64,000 nucleotides of DNA from contig JBJTQJ010000052.1 of assembly GCA_046075565.1 (NCBI GenBank), positions 1 to 64,000 of the forward strand, read 5' to 3'. The first letter of the stretch is position 1; every line of letters begins with the position of its first letter. The stretch is from Verrucomicrobiales bacterium. Lineage in GTDB: Bacteria > Verrucomicrobiota > Verrucomicrobiia > Verrucomicrobiales > SLCJ01. The position numbers were made by a program, and so were the translations under genes. Below are positions 9,408 through 18,830 of this stretch, in pieces. Below the pieces are notes generated by a model. It saw only the letters and a program-made list of their open reading frames with translations. It ran no database searches and was not told the origin of the DNA.

Positions 9408-9866
9408 CTACCCGTTGGTTTCCGGGGGCCATTTGCACCCTTCCAGTTCCTTCGGCAGCTGTGTCGGGTCCTGCGGGTAAAACAGCGACAAATCAACGGG
9501 CAACTTGGAACCTTGCAGAAACTCCAACTCCTCCGGACCACCGACGATGAGCCACAGGACATCCTCGTCCGTGTCGTCGAAAATCTGCCTCATCACATCG
9601 GGGCGCACATGGACTCCGCCATGTTTGGGCACGGTCAAAGTCTCATCACCCACCCGCATGCGACCGGTGCCCTCGAGCACGAAGAAGAACTCTTCGGAAG
9701 GAACATGCTTGTGGAGTGTGTTCGCGCTTTTCGGCGGCAGGCGCCAAAGACGAGCTCCCAGATGCTCGCTGCCCGTGCGCTCCAGATAATCCGCGTTCGG
9801 GATTTTCATCAGATTCGACGGACGCCAGAAAAGATCGTCCGGGGTGATGAGATGGTGGCTTCTCAT
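9408..9866 (-). CDS. Cupin-domain protein
   Basis: ARLWRLPPKSANTLHKH..EEFFFVLEGTGRMRVG cupin motif. Start chosen at MRSHHLITPDD. Confidence 0.8.
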   Translation of the reverse strand: MRSHHLITPDDLFWRPSNLMKIPNADYLERTGSEHLGARLWRLPPKSANTLHKHVPSEEFFFVLEGTGRMRVGDETLTVPKHGGVHVRPDVMRQIFDDTDEDVLWLIVGGPEELEFLQGSKLPVDLSLFYPQDPTQLPKELEGCKWPPETNG

Positions 9867-10051
9867 GGCTTCGGAGGTGGCCGCTATTCGGTGAACTCGG
9901 GGACTTTCACTCCAAAGATGCTCGCGCCCGGCGGTCAAAGCGAGTCTGCCACGGCGGGGCATGCTTTGCAATCGGCCATTGTCCGCGGATTGGCCATGGC
10001 GAATCTGTCTCGGGTTGTCCTCAACCATTTCGGCGCACGTATTGGCCAGCG

Positions 10052-12496
10052 ATGGTTTCTCCCCACACTGTGTCCGGGAAGTTCCGCCACTGGTTTGATG
10101 CCCGTGGCTGGAAGCCGCTGCCCTTCCAGCGCGAAGCTTGGGCCGCCTACGGGGATGGAAAAAGCGGACTGATCCACGCTCCCACCGGCTTGGGAAAAAC
10201 CCTCGCCGCGTGGCTCGGCCCGGTGCTAGCGCATGGGGACGAGGATGGCCTGCGGGTTCTGTGGCTTACTCCCCTGCGGGCCCTCGCGGCTGACACCGTG
10301 CGTGGTTTGCAGGAAGCCCTCGATGGCGCAGGCCTTAGCCGGAAAGTCGAGGCGCGCACGGGCGACACCACTAGCGGGGCGCGGGCACGCCAGAAAGCGA
10401 AGCCACCCTTCGCTTTGGTGACCACGCCGGAAAGCCTCTCCTTGATGCTCACCGACGCGGCGCGTTGCGATCAACTCGCCGGACTGCGCGCGGTGGTCGT
10501 CGATGAATGGCATGAACTGCTCGGCTCGAAACGCGGCGTGCAAACTGAACTCTGCCTCGCGCGCTTGCGCGGATTGAATCCCGATCTGCGCGTCTGGGGA
10601 CTCTCCGCCACCATCGGGAATCTCGATCAAGCCAAACACGTCTTGCTTGGTCAGCGAGCCGAAGATGGAGTGCTCATCCATGGCCGCGACCGCAAAGACG
10701 TGGTGGTGGAAACCCTAATGCCGGAGGATGTCGAGACCTTCCCCTGGAGCGGACATCTCGGGGTCAAACTCACCAGCGCGGTGGTGGAGAGGATCGAAAG
10801 GGCACAAACGACCCTTCTCTTCACCAATACGCGGGCGCAGACGGAAATCTGGTTTCAGGAATTGCTCGACGTGCGGCCAGACTGGCGGGACGTGCTTGCC
10901 ATGCACCACGGAAGCATCGATCGCGCAGAACGCGAGAACGCCGAACAAAGACTGCGCGAGGGATCGGTCAAATGTGTCGTCTGCACATCATCCCTCGATC
11001 TGGGTGTGGACTTCTCCCCCGTCGAGCAGGTCATCCAGATCGGGAGTCCAAAAGGCATCGCACGCCTACTCCAGCGCGCGGGTCGCAGCGGCCACCGGCC
11101 CGGCGAAACCAGCCGAGTGCTCGGCGTGCCCACCAACGCCCTCGAGCTCATCGAGTTTTCCGCGGCCCGCGAAGCGATGAACGCGCGCAAGATCGAAGCG
11201 CGCCAACCGGTCGTGAAGCCGTTGGATTTGTTAGCCCAGCATCTCATCACGGTTGCCCTTGGCACCGGCTTCCGCACTCAGCCGATGCTGGAGGAAGTTC
11301 GTGGCACCCATGCCTTTGCCGATTTGAGCGACGAGGAATGGCAATGGACACTCACTTTCATCACCACCGGAGGAGCTCTCCAGGCCTATCCGCAATACCG
11401 CAAAGTCACGATCGATGACGATGGCATGCACCGGCTCACCGACAAGGCCATGGCGAGGATCCACCGCATGAGCATCGGCACCATCGTCGGCGGCGCTTCC
11501 ATCTCTCTGCGCCTGAAAAACGGACGACGCCTCGGCAGTGTCGAAGAGTGGTTCATTTCCGGAATCCGTCCCGGAAAATGTTTCATCTTCGGAGGACGCA
11601 TCTGGGAGTTGGTGCGTGTGCGCGGACTCGTGGCCACAGTGCAGGTGCCGACGAGGAAGAACGCGCGCGGGGAGATTCCCTCCTGGCAAGGCGGTAAAAG
11701 CCCGCTCTCTTCCGAGTTGTCCTTCGCTGTGGCGGAAAAGTTGCTGCGTTTCCGTGAAGGCACCAAGGATGCTTCGCCCGAGATGAAAAAGGTCTCGCCG
11801 ATTCTGCAGACGCAGGCGAAATGGTCGGTGGTTCCCAAACCATCGGAGCTGCTCATCGAACGCACCCGCACACGCGACGGCGAGCATGTCTATCTTTACC
11901 CCTTCGCGGGTCGGCTGGTGAATGGAGCGCTTGGCACGCTGCTCGGCTACCGGCTCGGCCGGAACAATCCGCTCACTCTCCGCGTCACCCCCAATGACTA
12001 CGGTGTGGAACTCAGCGGCCCCGTCATGCCGGAACTCTCTGTCGATGAATGGCGCGAGCTGCTTTTACCGGAGCATCTGCTCGAAGACGTGCTCGCCTCG
12101 ATGAACGCAGCCGAGTTGGGGCGACATCATTTCCGCGAAGTCGCCCGGGTCGCTGGATTGATCCTGAGCGGCACCCCCGGTGCGCCTCCCACCTTGCGCG
12201 CACTTCAAGCGAGCAGCGGGCTGCTCTGGGATGTTTTTGCCAAATATGATCCGGACAACCTGCTGCTCGCCCAATCGCAGCGGGAGGTGCTGGAACGCCA
12301 ATTGGACTTCTCTCGCCTTGCCACGACCATGAGCGAAATGAAGAAGCGTGAAATTGTCCTCCGCATCTGCCCGCGTCTCACGCCTCTGGCCTTTCCGCTG
12401 TGGGCGGACCGCATCTCCCACCATGTCGGCAAGGAGGATCCGGCCACGGTTCTCGCCAACATGCTCGCTGAACTCGAATCCGCCGCCGCCCGATGA
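10052..12496 (+). CDS. Ligase-associated DNA damage response DEXH-box helicase (Lhr family)
   Basis: APTGLGKT, TPLRALA, VVDEWHEL, GLSAT, HHGS, TSSLDLGVDF, QRAGRSGH, C-terminal TPLAFPL. Confidence 0.9.
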   Translation: MVSPHTVSGKFRHWFDARGWKPLPFQREAWAAYGDGKSGLIHAPTGLGKTLAAWLGPVLAHGDEDGLRVLWLTPLRALAADTVRGLQEALDGAGLSRKVEARTGDTTSGARARQKAKPPFALVTTPESLSLMLTDAARCDQLAGLRAVVVDEWHELLGSKRGVQTELCLARLRGLNPDLRVWGLSATIGNLDQAKHVLLGQRAEDGVLIHGRDRKDVVVETLMPEDVETFPWSGHLGVKLTSAVVERIERAQTTLLFTNTRAQTEIWFQELLDVRPDWRDVLAMHHGSIDRAERENAEQRLREGSVKCVVCTSSLDLGVDFSPVEQVIQIGSPKGIARLLQRAGRSGHRPGETSRVLGVPTNALELIEFSAAREAMNARKIEARQPVVKPLDLLAQHLITVALGTGFRTQPMLEEVRGTHAFADLSDEEWQWTLTFITTGGALQAYPQYRKVTIDDDGMHRLTDKAMARIHRMSIGTIVGGASISLRLKNGRRLGSVEEWFISGIRPGKCFIFGGRIWELVRVRGLVATVQVPTRKNARGEIPSWQGGKSPLSSELSFAVAEKLLRFREGTKDASPEMKKVSPILQTQAKWSVVPKPSELLIERTRTRDGEHVYLYPFAGRLVNGALGTLLGYRLGRNNPLTLRVTPNDYGVELSGPVMPELSVDEWRELLLPEHLLEDVLASMNAAELGRHHFREVARVAGLILSGTPGAPPTLRALQASSGLLWDVFAKYDPDNLLLAQSQREVLERQLDFSRLATTMSEMKKREIVLRICPRLTPLAFPLWADRISHHVGKEDPATVLANMLAELESAAAR

Positions 12497-13146
12497 CCGC
12501 GATTGATTTCCTCGGACACCCGCTTCATCTCCTGCCCTCGGGAGCGGCGTACGCTGCGGAAAGCCGCGCCCTCTTCATTGCAGATCCGCATTTTGCCAAA
12601 AGCGCGGTCTTCAGGAATTCCGGTCTCGGTGTGCCAGATGGAAGCGATGCCTCGGTGCTTGCGCGGATAGAAACCTCGCTTGTTCGCACATCGGCGGACA
12701 CCCTAATCATCCTCGGCGATGTTTTCCACGCCCGTGCGGCCAGAATGGAAGCCACACTGGCCGTGATCGCCGACTGGCGGGAAAAACATCCAGTCCTAAA
12801 ATGGATCATCGTGCCCGGCAATCATGATCGAAGTGTGCCGTGGTCAAAATGGTTGCCCGGAGCGGAAATCCTCGAAGAAGGGACCATGTTCGGTCCATGG
12901 CGGCTCGCGCATCATCCGCCGGAATCATCCGATGTGCCATTGCTCTGCGGTCACCTGCACCCCGGCATTTCCTTCGGGCCCGCGCGCCAGCGCAAAGTCA
13001 AGGCACCCTGCTTCTGGCAAAGACGGGGTGTGCTCGTGCTCCCGGCCATCGGCGAATTCACCGGACTTGGCATGATCGCCCGCGAAGACGGCGATCGCGT
13101 GTGGCTCGCGGCGGGTGAGCAAGTGCTGGAATTGCCGCCGGGTTGA
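12493..13146 (+). CDS. pdeM: Ligase-associated DNA damage response endonuclease (metallophosphoesterase)
   Basis: ADPHFAK, LGDVFH, PGNHD, HHP, CGHLHP, LPAIGEFTG. ATGA overlap with the helicase. Confidence 0.88.
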   Translation: MTAIDFLGHPLHLLPSGAAYAAESRALFIADPHFAKSAVFRNSGLGVPDGSDASVLARIETSLVRTSADTLIILGDVFHARAARMEATLAVIADWREKHPVLKWIIVPGNHDRSVPWSKWLPGAEILEEGTMFGPWRLAHHPPESSDVPLLCGHLHPGISFGPARQRKVKAPCFWQRRGVLVLPAIGEFTGLGMIAREDGDRVWLAAGEQVLELPPG

Positions 13147-14330
13147 TGGACTTCACCGTTATTCGGAAAGAGGAGAGCAGGCTGCGAGTCACTCACAGCC
13201 GGGCAGAAATGCTCATCCAATTGAAACAGGAGCGTTCCGATTTCCGTAAAGATGCCATATATGAAGACCACAGCATCTTTTTTGCCAGCATTCTTCTCGC
13301 GCAAATGGCTTTTACCGGAGGTATCGCTTCCGTGGGCGCTACAGAGGTTCCGGCTTCACCGCCTCCGATCAGCGAGGCGCGGGTCAAGGAGTTGCAGGAT
13401 CTGCGTTTCGGCATGTTCATCTGCTGGAGCTTCAGCACGTTTTCCGGCAAGGAGTGGACACCGGGAGTCACTGACCTCTCGCTTTTCAAACCGACGGGCT
13501 GTGACACCGACCAGTGGGTTCGCACGGCCAAGGATGCGGGCATGGGCTACATCTTGTTCCTGACCAAACACCATGATGGCTTCTGCCTGTGGGATACCGA
13601 GACGACCGACCGCAAGGTGACCAAGAGCCCGCTGGGCCGCGACGTGCTCGCGCAGCTGAAAAAATCATGCGACGCGCAGGGCATCAAACTGGCCCTCTAT
13701 TTCTCCGAAGGGGAATGGCGGCATCCCGGCGGACTGGACGATCCCGCTACCCCCGGGCCCAAAAAAGCGAACCAAGGCGGACGAGATCCGGAGATGAAGA
13801 AGGCGCAGCTCAAGGAGTTGCTAACGCGTTATGGTCCGATTGAATATATCTGGTTCGACCACGCGGTTGGTGATGGCGGGCTGAGCCACCGTGACACCCT
13901 CGCCTTCGTAAAGTCCTTGCAACCGGACTGCTTCGTCGGTTTCAACCACGGCGATCAGGATGGTGCCGACATCCGGTTGGGAGAAATGGGGCGTCCCGGC
14001 TCGCTTGATGATCCTAAGGCAGCCGGCCCACACATGAAACAAGCGGCGGCGAAGACTTATCGCGTGGCGGAGTTCACCTATCCCATTCTTCCCAAACACC
14101 AGGGCGGCGCAAATTGGTTCTATTCCTTGCCGAAACACGATGGCCTTTGCCATCCGGCGGAAAAGATCTATCAGGATTATCTCGGCGCGGTGAAGTTCGG
14201 CAATGTCTTCGCACTCGACGTCGGACCGGGTTACGATGGAAAAATCCGCGAGATCGACGTTCGCACGCTCCAGCAGGTCGGGCGTTACATCCGGGGCGAG
14301 GACAAGATGCCGGAGACCACGGCACGGTAG
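13143..14330 (+). CDS. Alpha-L-fucosidase (GH29); true start uncertain
   Basis: LRFGMFICW, DQWVRTAKDAGMGY, TKHHDGFCLWDT, QLKELLTRYG..IWFD (nucleophile). Confidence 0.85.
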   Translation: MMDFTVIRKEESRLRVTHSRAEMLIQLKQERSDFRKDAIYEDHSIFFASILLAQMAFTGGIASVGATEVPASPPPISEARVKELQDLRFGMFICWSFSTFSGKEWTPGVTDLSLFKPTGCDTDQWVRTAKDAGMGYILFLTKHHDGFCLWDTETTDRKVTKSPLGRDVLAQLKKSCDAQGIKLALYFSEGEWRHPGGLDDPATPGPKKANQGGRDPEMKKAQLKELLTRYGPIEYIWFDHAVGDGGLSHRDTLAFVKSLQPDCFVGFNHGDQDGADIRLGEMGRPGSLDDPKAAGPHMKQAAAKTYRVAEFTYPILPKHQGGANWFYSLPKHDGLCHPAEKIYQDYLGAVKFGNVFALDVGPGYDGKIREIDVRTLQQVGRYIRGEDKMPETTAR

Positions 14331-14349
14331 TCCGTGCCTGCCCGCTCGA

Positions 14350-15180
14350 TCACTCTTCTTCGCGTTTGGCGCGATCCCATGCTTGCTCGAGTCGTTCTGG
14401 CCCGGCTTGATCGAGGGCGATGCCATCGTCGCGCAGCAGGACCTCCATGGCGTGGAACCGGCGCATGAACTTGGCATTGGCGGCGGCGAGCAATGCTTCC
14501 GGATCGCGGCCGTCCTTGCGGATGAGATTGACCACGGAGAAAAGAAGGTCGCCGAGTTCGTCGTCAATGCGGGCGGCTTCCGGGACATCCCGACGATACT
14601 CGTTTTCGAGTTCGGCGATCTCCTCGTGGATCTTCGCGACCACGGAGGCGGCATCCGGCCAATCAAACCCGATTTTGGCGGCTTTTTTCTGGAGCTTGGC
14701 CGCCTTCATCAGCGCGGGCAATCCGTCGCCAGTGCCATCAAGCCATGGGGCTTCTTCCCTGCCCTTTTCGGCACGTTTGATGGCATCCCACTGGCGGAGC
14801 ACGGCATCGGGATCTCCCGCCACTGCGTCGCCGAAGACATGCGGGTGGCGGTGCACGAGTTTGTCACAAATGGAGTGAGCGACCTGATCGAAATCGAAGA
14901 CCCCGGTCTCTTCGGCCAGTTCGCTGTGGAAAACGACCTGAAGAAGAAGATCGCCGAGTTCTTCCTTGAGATGGGCTTCGTCGCCACGGCGGATGGTATC
15001 GACAACCTCATAGGTTTCCTCGATGAGATTTGGAATGAGGCTCTCATGGGTTTGTCGCGCATCCCACGGGCAGCCACCGGGCGCACGCAACCGGTGCATC
15101 AGCGCACGGAGCCGATCCATGCCCGGCAACCCATCGGGGGGATTCGTGATCTGATCGTCGGGAAGTCTCGGTGTGGCCAT
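14350..15180 (-). CDS. mazG: Nucleoside triphosphate pyrophosphohydrolase MazG
   Basis: RLRAPGGCPWDARQT, EETYEV, EELGDLLLQVVFH, RHPHVF, GFDWPD, ELGDLLF. Confidence 0.95.
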   Translation of the reverse strand: MATPRLPDDQITNPPDGLPGMDRLRALMHRLRAPGGCPWDARQTHESLIPNLIEETYEVVDTIRRGDEAHLKEELGDLLLQVVFHSELAEETGVFDFDQVAHSICDKLVHRHPHVFGDAVAGDPDAVLRQWDAIKRAEKGREEAPWLDGTGDGLPALMKAAKLQKKAAKIGFDWPDAASVVAKIHEEIAELENEYRRDVPEAARIDDELGDLLFSVVNLIRKDGRDPEALLAAANAKFMRRFHAMEVLLRDDGIALDQAGPERLEQAWDRAKREEE

Positions 15181-15280
15181 GGCAACCAGTGGCGGAAAGT
15201 CTTCCCTCGGGAAAGGAAAATTTCCGCCGGAGAGCATTTCGAGGTGCAGATGAGGATCGCCGAGACTTCTGGTCCCCCCA

Positions 15281-15369
15281 AGAGCTGGGAAGAATCCCAG
15301 CAGTCCAAAAGACTTACGGCGCTCGCGTTTATCACCGCCGGAGGCGCCGTCAATGCCGGCGCACTCCAA
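15281..15369 (-). repeat. Two REP-like hairpins (TTGGA(G/C)TGC + palindrome)
   Basis: Minus strand TTGGAGTGCGCCGGCATTGACGGCGCC and TTGGACTGCTGGGATTCTTCCCAGCTCT in the RND-mazG spacer. Confidence 0.55.
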
Positions 15370-15412
15370 CACTTGGGCTGACCTTGATCTTCCCGCGAGC
15401 TCTTCTCCCTGT

Positions 15413-18400
15413 TCAGGCCTCCTGATGTTCCGTCTTGGCTTCCGGGTCTTCCCCTCCCCCGGCGAAGACCCTTTTGAACAGTTTGACAATATCCTCGTTG
15501 ATCAGATACAGACTGGGAATGATGACAAGGGTGATGGCGGTGGCAAAGAGGAGGCCGTAGCCGAGAGAGATGGCCATGGGAATGAGGAAGCGGGCCTGGC
15601 GTGAAGTTTCAAAGATCATCGGGGCGAGTCCGCCGAAAGTGGTGAGGGTGGTGAGCATGATGGGCCGGAAGCGGCGGATGCCGGCTTCGAGCATGGCGCG
15701 GAAAGCACCATGGCCGGCGCGCACCCGTTCGTTGGCATAATCGACCATGACCAAAGCGTCATTGATGACCACACCGGAGAGGGCGATGATGCCCATGACA
15801 CTGATAACACTGAGCGAATAGCCCATCATGAGGTGACCGAGCACAGCCCCGACGATACCGAAGGGAATGGCAACCATGACGATGAATGGCTGTATGTAAC
15901 TGCGGAAGGGAATGGCGAGAAGGAAATAGATTCCGAAGAGCGCGTAGAGGTAATTCCTTCCAAGGGCGGACATGGCATCGCGCATTTCTGCCTGGCGGCC
16001 TTCGAAGGTGTAGGAAAGCCCGGGAAAATCGGCCTGCAGCGCGGGCATGATTTCGGAATTGATTGTTTCGATGACTTGGTTTGCTTTCTCGCGGGGTGTG
16101 CAGTGTCCGGTGATGCTGAGGATGCGGCGTCCGTCGCGGCGTTCGATGCTGGTGAAGGCGCGTCCGCGTTCGACGCTCGCGACTTGGCGCAATGGAACGG
16201 TGGCTCCGTCGGGTGTGCGTAGCATGAGTTGTTCGATGTCGTATTCGCTGCGTCGTTGGTTTTCCTCCATGCGCACGAGCACACGCACTTCACTGTGGCC
16301 GCGCATCTGACGGATGGCTTCCGCTCCGTAAAACGCATGGCGCACCTGGCGCGCGACTTCGTTTGAGGTGAGCCCGAGGCTGAGCCCTTCGGCGGTAAGT
16401 TTGAAGTTGAGTTGTTCCTTGCCGAGGTTGAAACCGTCGTCCACGTCAGAGATGCTGGGGATCGAGCGCAAGCGATTGCCAAGGGCAACGGCGGCAGCTT
16501 CGAGAGTGGCAATGTCGGGATGGCTTACCTCCACGGTGATGGCAGGTCCACCACCGGGTCCACCGCGATCGGATTCAAAACGCGTGCTGGTGGCCACAGG
16601 CACGCGCGGGGTGGCCTCGCGCCAGAGATCCGTGAAGCGGGTGGTCGAGATGGGCCGTTCCTCCGGCGGTTTGAGGTAAACGCGCGTGCGGACCTCGTTG
16701 CCCTCGATGCTGCTGAAGATCCCGGTGGCCAATGCGTCGCCGCCATTTTCCTCGATGACACGCCGGGCGGAGGCTTCGAGCACTTCGCGGACGCGTTCCG
16801 ACTGCGCGAGCGGTGTGCCAAAGGGCATGATGGCGGATGCATTGGCTTCGTCGCTTTCCACGCTCGGCATGAGCGTCCAGCCCATGCGTCCGCTGGTGGC
16901 GTAGGCGAGCGTGACCATGAGGATGGCCAAGCCGCCGCCGAGCACGGCGTAGCGGTAACGCAGGCAGGTGGTGAGGATGGGAGCGTAGATTCTCTCGATG
17001 CCGCGCTGGAGGAGTGCGCTGACTTTCTGTTGGCGAGCGTCGATCCAGCGCACGAGAGCGAACTTCGGTTTTTCCGCCAAGGCGGCGAGGTGGCTGGGAA
17101 GGATGAAGACGCTTTCGATCCAAGAGATGATAAAGACGGCGCTCACGACGATGGGCACGGCATACCAGATTTTTCCCATATATCCCGGAATAAAAAGGAG
17201 GGGGATGAATGCCGCGATATTCGTCAGGATACTGAACGCGACCGGCACGGACATGCGGTGGGCACCGCGGATGGCGGCTTCTCGGGGCGGGCATCCCCTC
17301 TCTCGCCATCCATACACGCTCTCGCCAATCACGATGGCATCATCCACCACGATGCCGAGCGCGATGATGAAAGCGAACATGGAAATCATGTTCAATGAGA
17401 TGTCGACGGAGGGCAGGAGGAGGAACGAACCAAGGAAGGCCACGGGAATGCCCATCGTCACCCAGAAGGCGAGGCGCAACTCGAGGAAGAGGCCGAGCAA
17501 GACAAAAACGAGCAACAATCCGAATCCGGCGTTGCGGAGGAGTAGGTCGAGACGGTCGTGGAAATCGATGGAGCGGTCTTCCTGGACGACACAATGAACA
17601 CCCGTGGGAAGGGTGGGAATGATTTCATCCATGGCCGCACGCGCGGCAGCGGCCACGTCGGCCGGGCGTTGATCACCAACGCGGAAAATCTCGATGCTGA
17701 TGGCGGGGAGCCCATTGTAAGTGTATGCGCTATCAACGTCCTGGAAGCCTTCGGTTACCTCGGCAATGTCACCGAGGGTGAGCTTCGCACCTTCCGCGGT
17801 GGTGATAACCGGGATGCGTCGGAATTCCTCGGCATAATCGCGGCGCTCGTCGAAGCGCACGAGCACCTCACCCTGCAGGGTTTTCACCCCGCCGGCCGGG
17901 ACTTCCACGGAACTGGCGGCGATGATTTCGGAGATGCGACCGAGGGTGAGTCCGTAGGTGCGGAGGGCCTCGCGGCTTGGGGTGACATGGATTTCAAATG
18001 GCCGGGCGTCTTCGATCTGCACGTCGGTGATGCTCGGTCGTTGTAGGAGTTGCTCACGCACCGACTCCGCGATTTGCCGAAGCGACCACTCGCTAGCTTG
18101 TCCATAGAGAGTGAATTCGAAAACATCACGCCGCCGATCAAAGACACCGATTTCGGGTTCCTCGGCATCCTCCGGCAAAGTGGTGATGCGATCGATGGCC
18201 TGCTGCACTTCCTGATAGATCTCCATCCGGTCGGCACCTTGCTCGTATTCAGCCGTGACGGTGCCGCTGCCTTCGCGGGCGGTGGAAGTAACCTTGGTGA
18301 CCTGGCGCACGCCGCGCACGGCTTCTTCTGCGGCGCGCAGCACACCGGTTTCGATTTCCTCGGGGCTGGCACCGGGATAACGCACCCGCACCTGCACCGT

Positions 18401-18550
18401 GTCGGGATCGAATTCCGGAAAAACCTCCTGCCGAATGTGGAAAGCGGAAAGAAATCCTCCTGCTAGAAAAAGCAGCATGAGCAGATTGGCGACGACCGGA
18501 TTGCGGGCCATCCAACCAATCGGGCCGTTACTGGAAAGAGGCTGGCTCAT
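15413..18550 (-). CDS. RND efflux permease (AcrB/AcrD/AcrF family)
   Basis: 1045 aa, 12-TM pattern with two periplasmic loops, LGIVVDDAIV, RRFRPIMLTTLTT. Confidence 0.95.
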   Translation of the reverse strand: MSQPLSSNGPIGWMARNPVVANLLMLLFLAGGFLSAFHIRQEVFPEFDPDTVQVRVRYPGASPEEIETGVLRAAEEAVRGVRQVTKVTSTAREGSGTVTAEYEQGADRMEIYQEVQQAIDRITTLPEDAEEPEIGVFDRRRDVFEFTLYGQASEWSLRQIAESVREQLLQRPSITDVQIEDARPFEIHVTPSREALRTYGLTLGRISEIIAASSVEVPAGGVKTLQGEVLVRFDERRDYAEEFRRIPVITTAEGAKLTLGDIAEVTEGFQDVDSAYTYNGLPAISIEIFRVGDQRPADVAAAARAAMDEIIPTLPTGVHCVVQEDRSIDFHDRLDLLLRNAGFGLLLVFVLLGLFLELRLAFWVTMGIPVAFLGSFLLLPSVDISLNMISMFAFIIALGIVVDDAIVIGESVYGWRERGCPPREAAIRGAHRMSVPVAFSILTNIAAFIPLLFIPGYMGKIWYAVPIVVSAVFIISWIESVFILPSHLAALAEKPKFALVRWIDARQQKVSALLQRGIERIYAPILTTCLRYRYAVLGGGLAILMVTLAYATSGRMGWTLMPSVESDEANASAIMPFGTPLAQSERVREVLEASARRVIEENGGDALATGIFSSIEGNEVRTRVYLKPPEERPISTTRFTDLWREATPRVPVATSTRFESDRGGPGGGPAITVEVSHPDIATLEAAAVALGNRLRSIPSISDVDDGFNLGKEQLNFKLTAEGLSLGLTSNEVARQVRHAFYGAEAIRQMRGHSEVRVLVRMEENQRRSEYDIEQLMLRTPDGATVPLRQVASVERGRAFTSIERRDGRRILSITGHCTPREKANQVIETINSEIMPALQADFPGLSYTFEGRQAEMRDAMSALGRNYLYALFGIYFLLAIPFRSYIQPFIVMVAIPFGIVGAVLGHLMMGYSLSVISVMGIIALSGVVINDALVMVDYANERVRAGHGAFRAMLEAGIRRFRPIMLTTLTTFGGLAPMIFETSRQARFLIPMAISLGYGLLFATAITLVIIPSLYLINEDIVKLFKRVFAGGGEDPEAKTEHQEA

Positions 18551-18627
18551 GGCTGTTGGCCCGTGAATGGAAAGGCGAAATTTTTGATCATCTGCCTATT
18601 GTTAGAATCGCTGTCGGCCATTCGATG

Positions 18628-18804
18628 GGCAGGGACCGCTGTCCCCAGCGGTCCGCGCGATGGTGAGGACATCGCGACGGCCAGGACATGGCGGCTCCGC
18701 CCCCGCGGACCGTTGGGGACAACGGTCCCTGCCTTGGTCGTTCGTCGGTCAACGTGCGGGGAGTTGGAGAGCCGGCCCGGGCAAGACCGGGACGGTCTTG
18801 CTAC
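18628..18804. repeat. REP doublet (REPIN-like) plus a GTAG-type REP inside the RND operon
   Basis: GGCAGGGACCGCTGTCCCCAGCGGTCCG (18628-18655) inverted to CGGACCGTTGGGGACAACGGTCCCTGCC (18706-18733). GGCAAGACCGGGACGGTCTTGCTAC at 18780-18804. Confidence 0.75.
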
Positions 18805-18830
18805 AGCAAGAGTCATGGAAAGAGGCCGGC

